DNA from: an archaeon
GTDB lineage: Archaea; Iainarchaeota; Iainarchaeia; Iainarchaeales; GW2011-AR10
Reading direction: 5' to 3'
NCBI GenBank assembly: GCA_030651515.1
Contig: JAUSEO010000005.1
Span: 1-38,708 of the forward strand
DNA length: 38,708 bases
Part shown: in pieces, positions 27,338 through 35,784 of the stretch
How positions within the stretch are numbered: the first letter of the stretch is position 1
Layout: each line of letters starts with the position of its first letter
Notes under the pieces: model-generated
The model's input: only the letters and a program-made list of their open reading frames with translations
The model's database searches: none
What the model was told of the DNA's origin: nothing
Translations under genes and position numbers: made by a program

Positions 27338-28009
27338 TCAGGCGTTGCGGCTCAAAACACGAACCCTGCCATTATGTAGCACTATGCGGTCGGCGTAGCC
27401 TAAAAACAAGCCTGTTTCAAGCACTCCTGGCACTTCTTTTGCCCTGTATTCAAGGTCCTCAAGTGAAAAAACCTTGTCACAATCCACGTCCACGATGTAG
27501 TGGCCGGTTTCCGTCTTCAGCTTGCGCCCTTTATCCTCTCTTATTCGTGCATGCCCAAAGGATTCAAGTTGGTTCACTGTTCTTTTCCACCCGAAAAAAG
27601 CTATTTCAAAGGGAATCCTGCCCCTGATTTTTTTCACAAAATTCTTTTCCTCTGCAACCACCAACAGGTTTTCAGCGCTTTGCGCAATCATTTTGTCCCG
27701 CACAAGCGAAGAAGAATCCCTTTTCACGAAATTAAAGTCCCTGTCAACCTGGTCAACAAATTCGACTGCAAAATCAATCTCATGCTCGTTAATCGTGGTT
27801 ATGGGGATTTCAAGCTGGCGCGCAATAACAGCCAGCCTGTTTGAAGTGGGCACAAACTGTATGGAGTTTATCGGGAGGTGGTCAAGCTCCAGCACAAGTG
27901 CCAGTTTTTTGAGGAATACCTCGCCCGCTTTTGAAGTGCCTATGGAAACAACGTCCCCGTCCTTTATGTACTTGAGGATAAACTTTTCAATGATGGCTTC
28001 AGACAGCAT
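27338..28009 (-). CDS. rpiA: Ribose-5-phosphate isomerase A homolog (divergent active site)
   Basis: IGT, VPTS, D.VD, K.....R.K.IA, TETGHYIVD and PGVLETGLF. Confidence 0.85.
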   Translation of the reverse strand: MLSEAIIEKFILKYIKDGDVVSIGTSKAGEVFLKKLALVLELDHLPINSIQFVPTSNRLAVIARQLEIPITTINEHEIDFAVEFVDQVDRDFNFVKRDSSSLVRDKMIAQSAENLLVVAEEKNFVKKIRGRIPFEIAFFGWKRTVNQLESFGHARIREDKGRKLKTETGHYIVDVDCDKVFSLEDLEYRAKEVPGVLETGLFLGYADRIVLHNGRVRVLSRNA

Positions 28010-28066
28010 GGCAAACCAACAAAATACGGCGTTGCAGATATTTAATCGTTGCTTTCTTTTGCCAGC

Positions 28067-28939
28067 CTAACCTGCCTTTGACGCGCCATCTTTGGCCACG
28101 AGCAAGAGCACGCCTAAAGTTATGAGTATCCCGCCAATCATCGTGGCAAATGGGATTCCTTCAGAATAAAACAAAAAACCAACCAGTATAGTCATGGGTA
28201 TTTCAAGGACCAGGATAATGCTTGCGGCAATGACACTCACGGCCTTCATGCCATAAATGACGAACAGGGCTTCAATGACGCTGTAAGCCCCGCCTGTGGA
28301 CAAACCAAAAAAAATGCCTGAAATCTCTTTCTGCGAGCCAAAAAAAACGAACAACGGGAGATAAAAAAGAGCGCACAAGAGCACGGAGTAAAAAGAAACC
28401 TTTTTCGAGTCGGACTCCTTTAAGCTCCTTGAAGCAAGAATCATCCCGCCATACCCAAATGATGATGCAAGCGCTGCAATGTTTCCAACAAAAAATTTTT
28501 CCGACAGTGAAACAGAGGGCAAAAAAATCACGCCAATTCCAATCACGCATAGTGCAGCAGCGATTGCTTTCCACTTCGTTACTTTTTCCCTAAACAAAAC
28601 AATTGCAGCCAAAGAGCCCCACAAAAGCCCAGTGTAATGAAGCAGAATCGTGTTTGCAAAGGTCGACAAAGTGAACGCGTAAAAAAGAAACAGGTTGGTG
28701 CTTGAAAGGCTCACTGCATAAAACAACAATTTTTTTGCCTCGGTTTTGGCTGGAAAGCCAAGTTTTGCTTTTTGGGCTTTGAAAATCAAAAGCAGCAAAA
28801 CCGCGCCAAGGGAAAAACCAAGAAAATTCACGTCAAAAACGTTCAGGCCAATGCTTTCCAAAAACCGCAACAATGGGCCGTAAAAAGCCCACAAAAACGC
28901 AAGAGAAAGAACCGGCAGGTAGTTGAAAAAACGCGCCAT
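28067..28939 (-). CDS. DMT/EamA family transporter
   Basis: 10 TM, with FREK and LE.P...L.G.L.Y.E. Confidence 0.9.
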   Translation of the reverse strand: MARFFNYLPVLSLAFLWAFYGPLLRFLESIGLNVFDVNFLGFSLGAVLLLLIFKAQKAKLGFPAKTEAKKLLFYAVSLSSTNLFLFYAFTLSTFANTILLHYTGLLWGSLAAIVLFREKVTKWKAIAAALCVIGIGVIFLPSVSLSEKFFVGNIAALASSFGYGGMILASRSLKESDSKKVSFYSVLLCALFYLPLFVFFGSQKEISGIFFGLSTGGAYSVIEALFVIYGMKAVSVIAASIILVLEIPMTILVGFLFYSEGIPFATMIGGILITLGVLLLVAKDGASKAG

Positions 28940-28963
28940 GAAAACACCTTGGCTTTTTTTTTT

Positions 28964-30181
28964 TCACGCAGTTGCATTTGGCATTGAGTAAAAGGGGTTT
29001 TTTTTGTCCAGGTATTTCTGGATAAAATGCTTGAACAGGATTGGGGGCAGGATTGAACTTATCAGTGCAATCACGACTACTGCGGAAAAAATCTCGTTTG
29101 AAATGAACCCTGCTTTGAGTGCAATCAGGCCAACAGCAAGTTCTACGTCCCCCTTTGTGCTCATGGCCAGCGCCACAAGAAGCCCTTCAAGGTGTGAACC
29201 CTTGTTGAGCCGGACCCCAAGCCAGGTTCCAAAAATCCCGAAAAAAAAGCTGATTAAGAAAAGCAAGACAATGAGAAACGGGTTTGAAAGTGTAACCCCG
29301 AGGTCTGTGTTGTAGCCAACCCAGACAAAAAAAAGCGGGATGAAAAAACCAAAGCCAATTAAGTGAATGTCGTTTGAGATTTTGTGCTCTTCCCAGGGTT
29401 TTCTCTGCTCAATGCTCAAAAGGTTCCTGACAATTATCCCGGAAATGACTGCCCCTATAACCACTCCAAGCCCAAGCATGTTTGAAAGGACTCCCATGAG
29501 CAAGGCAACAGCAAGGGACGCGCCAAACAATGACTCGGGTGATTTTTTCGTCGAAAAAACGGAAAAAAACGAGGGCACTATCCAGAGCTTTGCAGAGACA
29601 ACGAGGGCAACAAAAATAACGAGGTTGAACAAAAACTGGAATGGTGCTGTGCTGGAAGAAAAGCCGATTAATCCAAGGGTGAGAGTCAAAAGCAATAGTT
29701 CAACTATGTCGTCAACCGAACCCGCATTGACTATTAACTGCCCAAGCCTGTCTTTGAGCAGCCCCAGTTCGTCAAGAACGTCAACTATTACAGCCTGCGC
29801 GGAAACAGACATGATGAGCCCAATCACCACGGCTGCAGTGAAGCTAAAACCCATCCATGTCGTGAACCAAAAAACAATGATGAATGGAAGCGCCGTGTTG
29901 AGTGCTGAAATGAACAGGGATTCCCTGAGGTTTCTTTTGAATGCAGGAATGCTTACTTCAAGGCCTGAAAAAAAGAAAAGCAAAAGGAGCCCAAAGTTTG
30001 CAATCGACTCAAACGACTCTTTTACCGCGGTGTCAAAGAGGCTTAGAGAAAAAAACGGGTGCGTCAAAAGAAGCCCTGCAGCAATGTAACCAACCACCCG
30101 CGCAAGCCCGAAACTGTGGGCTACTTTTCCGAAAACGAAAGCCAAAACAAACGCAATCAATAGCGTGAGGAAAAAATCCAT
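28964..30181 (-). CDS. Cation:proton antiporter (CPA2/KefB-like)
   Basis: VGYI.AG, LLFF.SGLE, VDD, FIPLFFV.VG and KGD. Confidence 0.93.
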   Translation of the reverse strand: MDFFLTLLIAFVLAFVFGKVAHSFGLARVVGYIAAGLLLTHPFFSLSLFDTAVKESFESIANFGLLLLFFFSGLEVSIPAFKRNLRESLFISALNTALPFIIVFWFTTWMGFSFTAAVVIGLIMSVSAQAVIVDVLDELGLLKDRLGQLIVNAGSVDDIVELLLLTLTLGLIGFSSSTAPFQFLFNLVIFVALVVSAKLWIVPSFFSVFSTKKSPESLFGASLAVALLMGVLSNMLGLGVVIGAVISGIIVRNLLSIEQRKPWEEHKISNDIHLIGFGFFIPLFFVWVGYNTDLGVTLSNPFLIVLLFLISFFFGIFGTWLGVRLNKGSHLEGLLVALAMSTKGDVELAVGLIALKAGFISNEIFSAVVVIALISSILPPILFKHFIQKYLDKKNPFYSMPNATA

Positions 30182-30226
30182 ACACCAAATACTGCAAACC
30201 AGTATAAAGAATTTTGTCCTGGAAAT

Positions 30227-30246
30227 GCCTCAGGGGAGAATTGAAC
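30227..30246 (-). repeat. tRNA 3'-end-like direct repeat copy 1
   Basis: GTTCAATTCTCCCCTGAGGC, with 17 bp identical to 30747-30763. Confidence 0.8.
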
Positions 30247-30264
30247 TGAATTAATCGTTTTTTT

Positions 30265-30528
30265 TTAATCCTGATATACACGGGGCCTTTTGTCAATTTT
30301 TGTGATTAAGACAATCTGCTCTTTGTGCTTCACTTTGTACAGGGCGCGATAACCCCCAATTCTGTAACGGTAAATAGGCTCCCCATTGTCTCTTCCAATA
30401 AACTTTGAATCAGATGGAACAGGTTCATTCGACAGGCGCTTTAACCGCTCTTTAATCCTTTCACTAATGTGCCGGTCCAACTTGTCCAAAAACTTTTGGG
30501 CGTGCTGTGACAAGTGGACAGCATAGAT
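30265..30528 (-). CDS. RelE/ParE family toxin (no ATG, either ATC at 30528 or TTG at 30513)
   Basis: YAVHLS.HA.KFL..LD...P.P...YRYRIGGYRALY...I.KIDKRPRVY. Confidence 0.9.
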   Translation of the reverse strand: MYAVHLSQHAQKFLDKLDRHISERIKERLKRLSNEPVPSDSKFIGRDNGEPIYRYRIGGYRALYKVKHKEQIVLITKIDKRPRVYQD

Positions 30529-30529
30529 A

Positions 30530-30703
30530 TCAGATCAGCCTCTTGGTTTTGCCAGCCTTTAAATCTTTTTCCGCTTTCTGAATGGATTCAACATCATCAT
30601 CCGTCAGCAATACATCTGAATCAGCCAGATGGCCTTTGATGTATTCGATATCCACCCGGATGTCTTTCAACTCTTTCAAAATCTGTTTCGATTCTGCTTC
30701 CAT
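30530..30703 (-). CDS. Putative RelE-cognate antitoxin
   Basis: Small acidic protein with LT.DD..SI..A..D.K.GKT..L, immediately upstream of the toxin. Confidence 0.8.
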   Translation of the reverse strand: MEAESKQILKELKDIRVDIEYIKGHLADSDVLLTDDDVESIQKAEKDLKAGKTKRLI

Positions 30704-30746
30704 AAAATTTACTTGCACTCAAAGACTTAAAAAACGTAATGTAAAA

Positions 30747-30784
30747 GCCTCAGGGGAGAATTGCACTCTCGACCTGCCCGTTGG
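30747..30784 (-). pseudogene. tRNA 3'-half remnant (Thr-like), repeat copy 2
   Basis: ACGGGCAGGTCGAGAGTGCAATTCTCCCCTGAGGC-T contains a variable loop, T-arm and acceptor strand. Confidence 0.7.
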
Positions 30785-31360
30785 CTACTTGGTTATTTCA
30801 TATTTTATGTACTGGGGCTGCCTGTTAATGAAAGGATTTGAATATTCAAAGAAAACGTCCAATTTTTCCAGGCTTTCAGGGACTTCAAACGCCACCCACC
30901 CACTGGTTTTTTGGCCGACGTTAAGCTGCTCAATAAAACTTAATGTTTTGGAGTAGTCATCCTCCAGGCCGACTGCAAATGTTCTGCTGATTTTTTCCCG
31001 TTCTTCATCTTCAGAATATATGTCTGGAGAAAAGAAATCCGTGTCTTCCCCGATATTTTTTATTTCAAAAAAAGCCACCACATAATGTTTGTAAAAATAT
31101 TCATTGTTGCTGCTGGCAAACTTTGCTTCTTTCAGAACTACTTCATATTCCGTGTTCAGGTACTTTATTTTGTAAGGCGTTCCTATAACCGCGTTTTCTA
31201 TGTTTTTGTTCGGATTTTCCTGTGCTTTACTTTCTGGAGGCTCTGTTTTTTCATCCGCTGTGTCTGTTTTTTCTTCAACGCTTCCGGTCTGTTTTGAAGT
31301 GCAACCAAAAAGCAGCACAAGAACTGCCAAAGAAACCAAGAGTATTTTTGATATGTTCAT
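30785..31360 (-). CDS. DUF4352 domain lipoprotein
   Basis: Lipobox LFGC, EIKNIG and L..G.K.SGWVAFEVP. Confidence 0.88.
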   Translation of the reverse strand: MNISKILLVSLAVLVLLFGCTSKQTGSVEEKTDTADEKTEPPESKAQENPNKNIENAVIGTPYKIKYLNTEYEVVLKEAKFASSNNEYFYKHYVVAFFEIKNIGEDTDFFSPDIYSEDEEREKISRTFAVGLEDDYSKTLSFIEQLNVGQKTSGWVAFEVPESLEKLDVFFEYSNPFINRQPQYIKYEITK

Positions 31361-31362
31361 TT

Positions 31363-31725
31363 TTATGCCTCATTATTTTTTTTAAGAACGCCCATCAAGC
31401 CCCCTATTAACAGGAGAATGAATGAGAGTGAGTAAAACCAGCTGATTGAAATTAATCCGCCAATGGCGGAAACCAGCATAAGGGCTCCGCCAAGTCTTGG
31501 TTTGTTTCTTACAAGAACGGAACCAACTATTCCGACAATTGAAAATATTATTGCAGCAAAACCAAGCACTACTATAAACGAGCTGGAATCCACTACTTCC
31601 TTTGATTCAACTGCTTCTCCGATTGCTCCAGCCAACCCGCCCAAAAGCAGGGCAGCCAAAGCCCCAAAAAAACCAAGAATTCCGCCAATTAAACCTAAAA
31701 CAAACTCAACTGTTCTTGACCCCAT
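31363..31725 (-). CDS. DUF4064 family membrane protein
   Basis: RT.EFVLGLIGGILG and K.P...G..M. Confidence 0.8.
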   Translation of the reverse strand: MGSRTVEFVLGLIGGILGFFGALAALLLGGLAGAIGEAVESKEVVDSSSFIVVLGFAAIIFSIVGIVGSVLVRNKPRLGGALMLVSAIGGLISISWFYSLSFILLLIGGLMGVLKKNNEA

Positions 31726-31816
31726 TTTACTCTTTGAAATAATGCTACGAAACTCATATAAATATGTTATGAGGCGGTTATGAGCTGATTTTAATAGGGC
31801 AAGCGTCCTAAATAAT

Positions 31817-32071
31817 ATGTTTGAAGAAATAGTTGCCCTTAAAAGAAGTAAAACCAAAACACAAATTTTGAAGGCACTTTTTCAAGCAAAGACTCCAACC
31901 GAAGTTGCCAAACAGCTAAATTTGCACCAGTCAAGTGTCTCAAGAAGCATTTTGCAAATGGAGCAGGCTGGGTTGTTAAAATGCGTTACTCCAAAAGAAA
32001 GAAACTTTAGGCATTATCTGATAACCGAGAAAGGTAAAAAATTGCTGAAAATAGTGCAAGCAAAAACTTGA
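31817..32071 (+). CDS. Winged-helix transcriptional regulator
   Basis: RS....IL..L...KTPTEVA......SSVSR....GLLKC...Y.ITEKG. Confidence 0.9.
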   Translation: MFEEIVALKRSKTKTQILKALFQAKTPTEVAKQLNLHQSSVSRSILQMEQAGLLKCVTPKERNFRHYLITEKGKKLLKIVQAKT

Positions 32072-32149
32072 GTTTTTTTTTCACTTTTAAACTATTTTTT
32101 CGCACCGGTAACGAGGCTCCAAAAAGGCTGAAGCCTTTATTGGAAAATA

Positions 32150-32242
32150 AGCTCTTGGCGGGAATTGAACCCGCGATCCCGTCCTAATCAGCCTTCCTTA
32201 TGTAGATACCAAGGACGTGCGATACCACTTCGCTACAAGAGC
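32150..32242 (-). tRNA. tRNA-Thr(GGT) with 21-nt intron (32186-32206)
   Basis: Acceptor GCTCTTG/CAAGAGC, CGTCC-TT-GGT-A..A-GGACG, relaxed BHB TTGG/CTGA. Confidence 0.93.
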
Positions 32243-32282
32243 CTAATAACCCTAATACTTGCCTTAAAAAATCCTTAAATTA

Positions 32283-32386
32283 TGTCAAACCACGAAAGTT
32301 TTTAGGCTTATTGGCGTGGTTTGACAGATAACACCTCGCAAAGTGAAGCTTTGCGAGGCATCGCAAATGCAAAAACATTTGCAATG
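32283..32386. repeat. Three adjacent inverted repeats (REP-like)
   Basis: TGTCAAACCACG/CGTGGTTTGACA, CCTCGCAAAG/CTTTGCGAGG and GCAAATG/CATTTGC. Confidence 0.75.
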
Positions 32387-32423
32387 AACCATGGAAAATT
32401 TTCCGAATTATTTTCTTGGTTTG

Positions 32424-33647
32424 TTATAGTTTCTTCAGTTTTTCAAGCTCGTTAAAACGGATTTTTTCCTGCTTTCCGGTCGCCATGTTTTTGAGGTTGA
32501 ATGCCTTTTCTTTTTCCTCGTTTTCACCAAAAACAATGGCAAATGGAATCTTTTTTCCAGAGGCAAATTCAAGGCTTTTTGAAACGTTCCTGTTCATCAA
32601 GTCGATTTCCGTGCTTATGCCAAGTGCCCTGATTTTTTGGCAAAGCAAAAGCGCAGGCTCGAAAAAATCTTTGGAAAAAGGCGCAATGAAAACTTTTGTC
32701 CCATTCGGGTTTTTTTCTTTTACAAGCTCCATTACACGCTCAACCCCAAAGCTAATCCCGACAGCCGGGACTTTTGCCCCGCCCATGTCTGAAATAAGGT
32801 TGTCATAGCGCCCGCCGCCCCCGATGCTTGGGCCATCGCTTTTCACTTCAAACACATTCCCCGTATAGTACTCGAGGCCGCGTGCAAGCGAAAGGTCAAA
32901 CTCCAAAAATTCTTCAACCCCTGTTTTTTTCGCCAAGCTAAACAATTCATTTATCTCCTTCAAGCCTTCTGATGAGGGGATAATTTTTTGGAGTTCCTTA
33001 ATCGAGCAGGAAAGTTTGGCAACGATTTCTGTTTTGATTTTCTTTTCCTTCAGTTCTTTTTCAACTTCTTTTGTCCCAATCTTGTCAAGTTTGTCCATGC
33101 AGCGGAAGCACTCTTTTGCCTGGTCTTTTTTAACTCCGCATGCAACCGCAAAGTCCTCCAGGAGCTTTCTGTTGTTGACTTTTATTTTCCCTTTCACTCC
33201 AAGCTTTTTGAGGACGTCAACTGCAATCAGCACGCATTCAAAGTCAGCAGAAACCAATGGCGAGCCAATGATGTCCGCGTCAGCCTGTGTGAACTCGCGC
33301 CACCTTTTTGCCTGTGGCCTGTCATAGCGCCACACTTGTGCAATCTGGTAGCGCTTGAAAGGCTTTTTGAGTGCAGGGTTTGATGCTACAACCCGTGCAA
33401 GTGGGACTGTGAGGTCAAACCGAAGGCCGATTTCGCGTCCGCCCTTGTCATTGAAAAAATAAATCTCATCCTTAATCGCTGTTCCGGCAGTGTCTTTTTT
33501 TGTAAGCGTTTCAAGCTCTTCAAGTGCAGGCGTCTGCAGTGGTTCAAAGCCGTAGGACTCAAAAACCTGCCTGCATGTGTCCTCGACAAACTGTTTTTTC
33601 CTTGCATTTTCTCCGACAAAGTCCTGCATTCCACGCACTGTTTTCAT
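32424..33647 (-). CDS. hisS: Histidine--tRNA ligase
   Basis: RGMQDF, LRFDLTVPLAR, WRYDRPQ..R.REF.Q, RGLEYYTG and GGGRYD. Confidence 0.98.
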   Translation of the reverse strand: MKTVRGMQDFVGENARKKQFVEDTCRQVFESYGFEPLQTPALEELETLTKKDTAGTAIKDEIYFFNDKGGREIGLRFDLTVPLARVVASNPALKKPFKRYQIAQVWRYDRPQAKRWREFTQADADIIGSPLVSADFECVLIAVDVLKKLGVKGKIKVNNRKLLEDFAVACGVKKDQAKECFRCMDKLDKIGTKEVEKELKEKKIKTEIVAKLSCSIKELQKIIPSSEGLKEINELFSLAKKTGVEEFLEFDLSLARGLEYYTGNVFEVKSDGPSIGGGGRYDNLISDMGGAKVPAVGISFGVERVMELVKEKNPNGTKVFIAPFSKDFFEPALLLCQKIRALGISTEIDLMNRNVSKSLEFASGKKIPFAIVFGENEEKEKAFNLKNMATGKQEKIRFNELEKLKKL

Positions 33648-33667
33648 TCATTCCACCTTCAATATAG

Positions 33668-33741
33668 GGCCGCGATCGGGATTTGAACCCGAGTCGGAGG
33701 ATCCACAGTCCTCCATGCTAGACCACTGCACCATCGCAGCC
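33668..33741 (-). tRNA. tRNA-His(GTG) with encoded G-1
   Basis: G-GCTGCGA/TCGCGGC-C and GAGGA-CT-GTG-GA-TCCTC. Confidence 0.97.
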
Positions 33742-34002
33742 AGTTTCAAGTTTTCCCGAGTCCAAAAGCTATTTTGCATTAAACCCAGAGAGAACAAGGA
33801 AAACAAAAAATTTAAGCTAGTTGCAGGCCTAAAAAAAACAGTTAAATCAGTTATGAAGACACTCACTTTTAATTGCCTGCATAATCTATATTTCCAGCCA
33901 CTTGTTTAAATAACTTTTCCAGGCTGTTTTTTTGCCTTTTGACTTGCCCCCTGGAAACCTTTAAATCCTTGCCTTGAAACAATTTATTTTGGGCTTTTAA
34001 AC

Positions 34003-34035
34003 GCACGGGTAGCGAAGCGGCCAAATGCAGGAGGC
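34003..34035 (+). pseudogene. Orphan 5' fragment of a tRNA (Leu-like)
   Basis: GCACGGG-TA-GCG-AAGCGGCCAAA-TGC-A-GGAGG-C, preceded by BRE/TATA GGAAACCTTTAAAT at about 33953-33966. Confidence 0.65.
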
Positions 34036-34108
34036 AGGACTCGAACCTGCGAAGCCACTAAGGCATCAGGCCCTGAACCTGATCGAATTGCCACTATCGG
34101 ACTCCTGC
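34026..34108 (-). tRNA. tRNA-Leu(CAG)
   Basis: Acceptor GCAGGAG/CTCCTGC-A, TCAGG-TT-CAG-GG-CCTGA, variable arm GCC/GGC, T-loop TTCGAGT. Confidence 0.93.
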
Positions 34109-34179
34109 AGTTGAAAATATGTTGAATAAACTATTTTCTCTTTGGGCAAAGACTATTTTTGGTTAAAAACATATTTTAA

Positions 34180-34416
34180 TTATCTTTTGTGGTATTTTTG
34201 AAAGAATTCTTCCTTGGTTATACTGCATTGTTTCAGAATTCCGTTTAACGTTCCAATATCCAGTTTTTTGTGGAGTGGAACTATGCTTACAATTGTCTCT
34301 TTTTCTGTTTTCTTTTTTATTCTCACATGGCTTCCTTTTTGCCGGATTGGTTCAAAACCAAATGTGTAAAGAATTTTTAGCAGTTCTTTTCCTGAAATAA
34401 TCGGGAGTTTTTCCAG
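34180..34416 (-). CDS. hicA: HicA family toxin, 78 aa, CTG start (not in ORF track)
   Basis: Translated by hand as LEKLPIISGKELLKIL...GF...RQKGSHV....IVPLHKKL.IGTL.GILKQ. Confidence 0.88.
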   Translation of the reverse strand: MEKLPIISGKELLKILYTFGFEPIRQKGSHVRIKKKTEKETIVSIVPLHKKLDIGTLNGILKQCSITKEEFFQKYHKR

Positions 34417-34430
34417 TTAAATCGCCTTTT

Positions 34431-34652
34431 TCAAGCATTCAAAAAAATAGTTGCGACTTTTGCCCTTTTAAAAGGCCTGGCTTTAAGCATTTTTTGGACG
34501 TCTTCATCCTCCAAATAAAGCTCCAAGGCCTCCTTTAAATTCTTTAAAGCTGCTTTTTCTGTTTTTCCTTGCGTAGTTACCCCAAGTTCTGGGCAAAAAG
34601 CTACAAAAGCGGTTTCCCCTTTGGTAATCACAGCAGAATACTCTTTTTCCAT
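34431..34652 (-). CDS. hicB: HicB family antitoxin
   Basis: Y.AVI......FVA.CPELGVTTQGKT...A..NLKEALELYLED. Confidence 0.93.
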   Translation of the reverse strand: MEKEYSAVITKGETAFVAFCPELGVTTQGKTEKAALKNLKEALELYLEDEDVQKMLKARPFKRAKVATIFLNA

Positions 34653-34746
34653 GATAAATATATCAGTCGTTGTTAATAAAAAAATTCCCTTTTTCAAGGT
34701 TTTTTTTCACCAATGCTTTTTATCCACTTTCTTCTTTTTTTTCTTC

Positions 34747-35736
34747 ATGCTTTTTGAGGTTCTTTTTGTTGCGCTGGGGGCTTACCTCATGCTCAAGGGC
34801 GCCGAGTGGGTGACGGATTCCTCCATCGGGGTTGCAAAGCGCCTTGGAACAACCCGCCTTGCAGTCGGTTTAATCCTTATCTCTGTCATGCTCAGTTTGC
34901 CGGAACTCCTTGTTGCTTTGTCTGCTTTTTTCAAGGGCCACGAAGACCTGAGCGTTGGAGTAAGCATTGGCTCAGTCATAGTCAACCTTGGGCTGATTCT
35001 TGGAATTACTGCACTGATTCGGCCGATAAAAGTCCCGCGCCACGTGGTTACGCGAGACGGGGTATTCATGCTGATTGCAACCATTGTTGTCGCCCTCATT
35101 GCACTGGAGGACTTGAAGCTTACACAGCGCGATGGGCTGATTTTTCTCTTGCTGTTCATCCCTTATGTCGTGAACGTGTACGAGCAGGAAAGGCAGCTTG
35201 CAAAGCACGAGCAGGAAAAAGAAGTGCAGGACATTTCCAAAACGCTTTTGCTGTTTGGAAAACTTGGAAACCCCCTTGTGATTAAAAGCGGTTACCTGAT
35301 TTTTTTTGTCGGCTTTGGCCTGCTTTTGGCGGGGTCAGAGCTGTTCACACAGGGCCTTTTGGGGGTCTCAAAGTTTTTTTCAGTCTCGGACGTTTTGGTT
35401 GGAGTAACTGTCGGAGCGCTTGGGCCAAGCCTCCCAAACCTCGTTGTGGCAATCCAGGCCTCCCGCAAAGGCTTTGACGACATAGTCGTTTCACAGTCGA
35501 TTGGTTCAAATATTTTCACTTTGTTTGTCACGCTTGGGATTCTGGCAACCGCACGGACAATAGTGCTCCAGCCGGAGTTTTCCGTCGTGACATTGCCTGC
35601 GCTTTTGGTTGTCACGGTTGTATCCTTTGTTTTTCTCGTGAAAGGAAAAATCGGGAGGCTGGAAGGTGCAGTCCTTGTGCTGCTTTACCTGGCAGCGCTT
35701 TTGGCTGAAATTGCATCAAACACTGCTTTTTTCTGA
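34747..35736 (+). CDS. Calcium/sodium antiporter (YrbG-like CaCA family)
   Basis: Alpha repeats SLPEL...GS..VN and PSLPNL...GSNIF. Confidence 0.92.
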   Translation: MLFEVLFVALGAYLMLKGAEWVTDSSIGVAKRLGTTRLAVGLILISVMLSLPELLVALSAFFKGHEDLSVGVSIGSVIVNLGLILGITALIRPIKVPRHVVTRDGVFMLIATIVVALIALEDLKLTQRDGLIFLLLFIPYVVNVYEQERQLAKHEQEKEVQDISKTLLLFGKLGNPLVIKSGYLIFFVGFGLLLAGSELFTQGLLGVSKFFSVSDVLVGVTVGALGPSLPNLVVAIQASRKGFDDIVVSQSIGSNIFTLFVTLGILATARTIVLQPEFSVVTLPALLVVTVVSFVFLVKGKIGRLEGAVLVLLYLAALLAEIASNTAFF

Positions 35737-35784
35737 ATCTGCAGGTTTTTATACCCGTTTAGCTTTTTGTTTTAAAGAAACACA

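Noticed and set aside
33648..33909. ORFs overlapping tRNA-His (also 18099-18371 and 27096-27317 over other tRNAs)
   Set aside because: They are translations of tRNA sequence
34621..34746. N-terminal extension of the Ca/Na antiporter, and of HicB to 34697
   Set aside because: These run through T-rich divergent promoter DNA. The ATGs at 34747 and 34652 match family lengths
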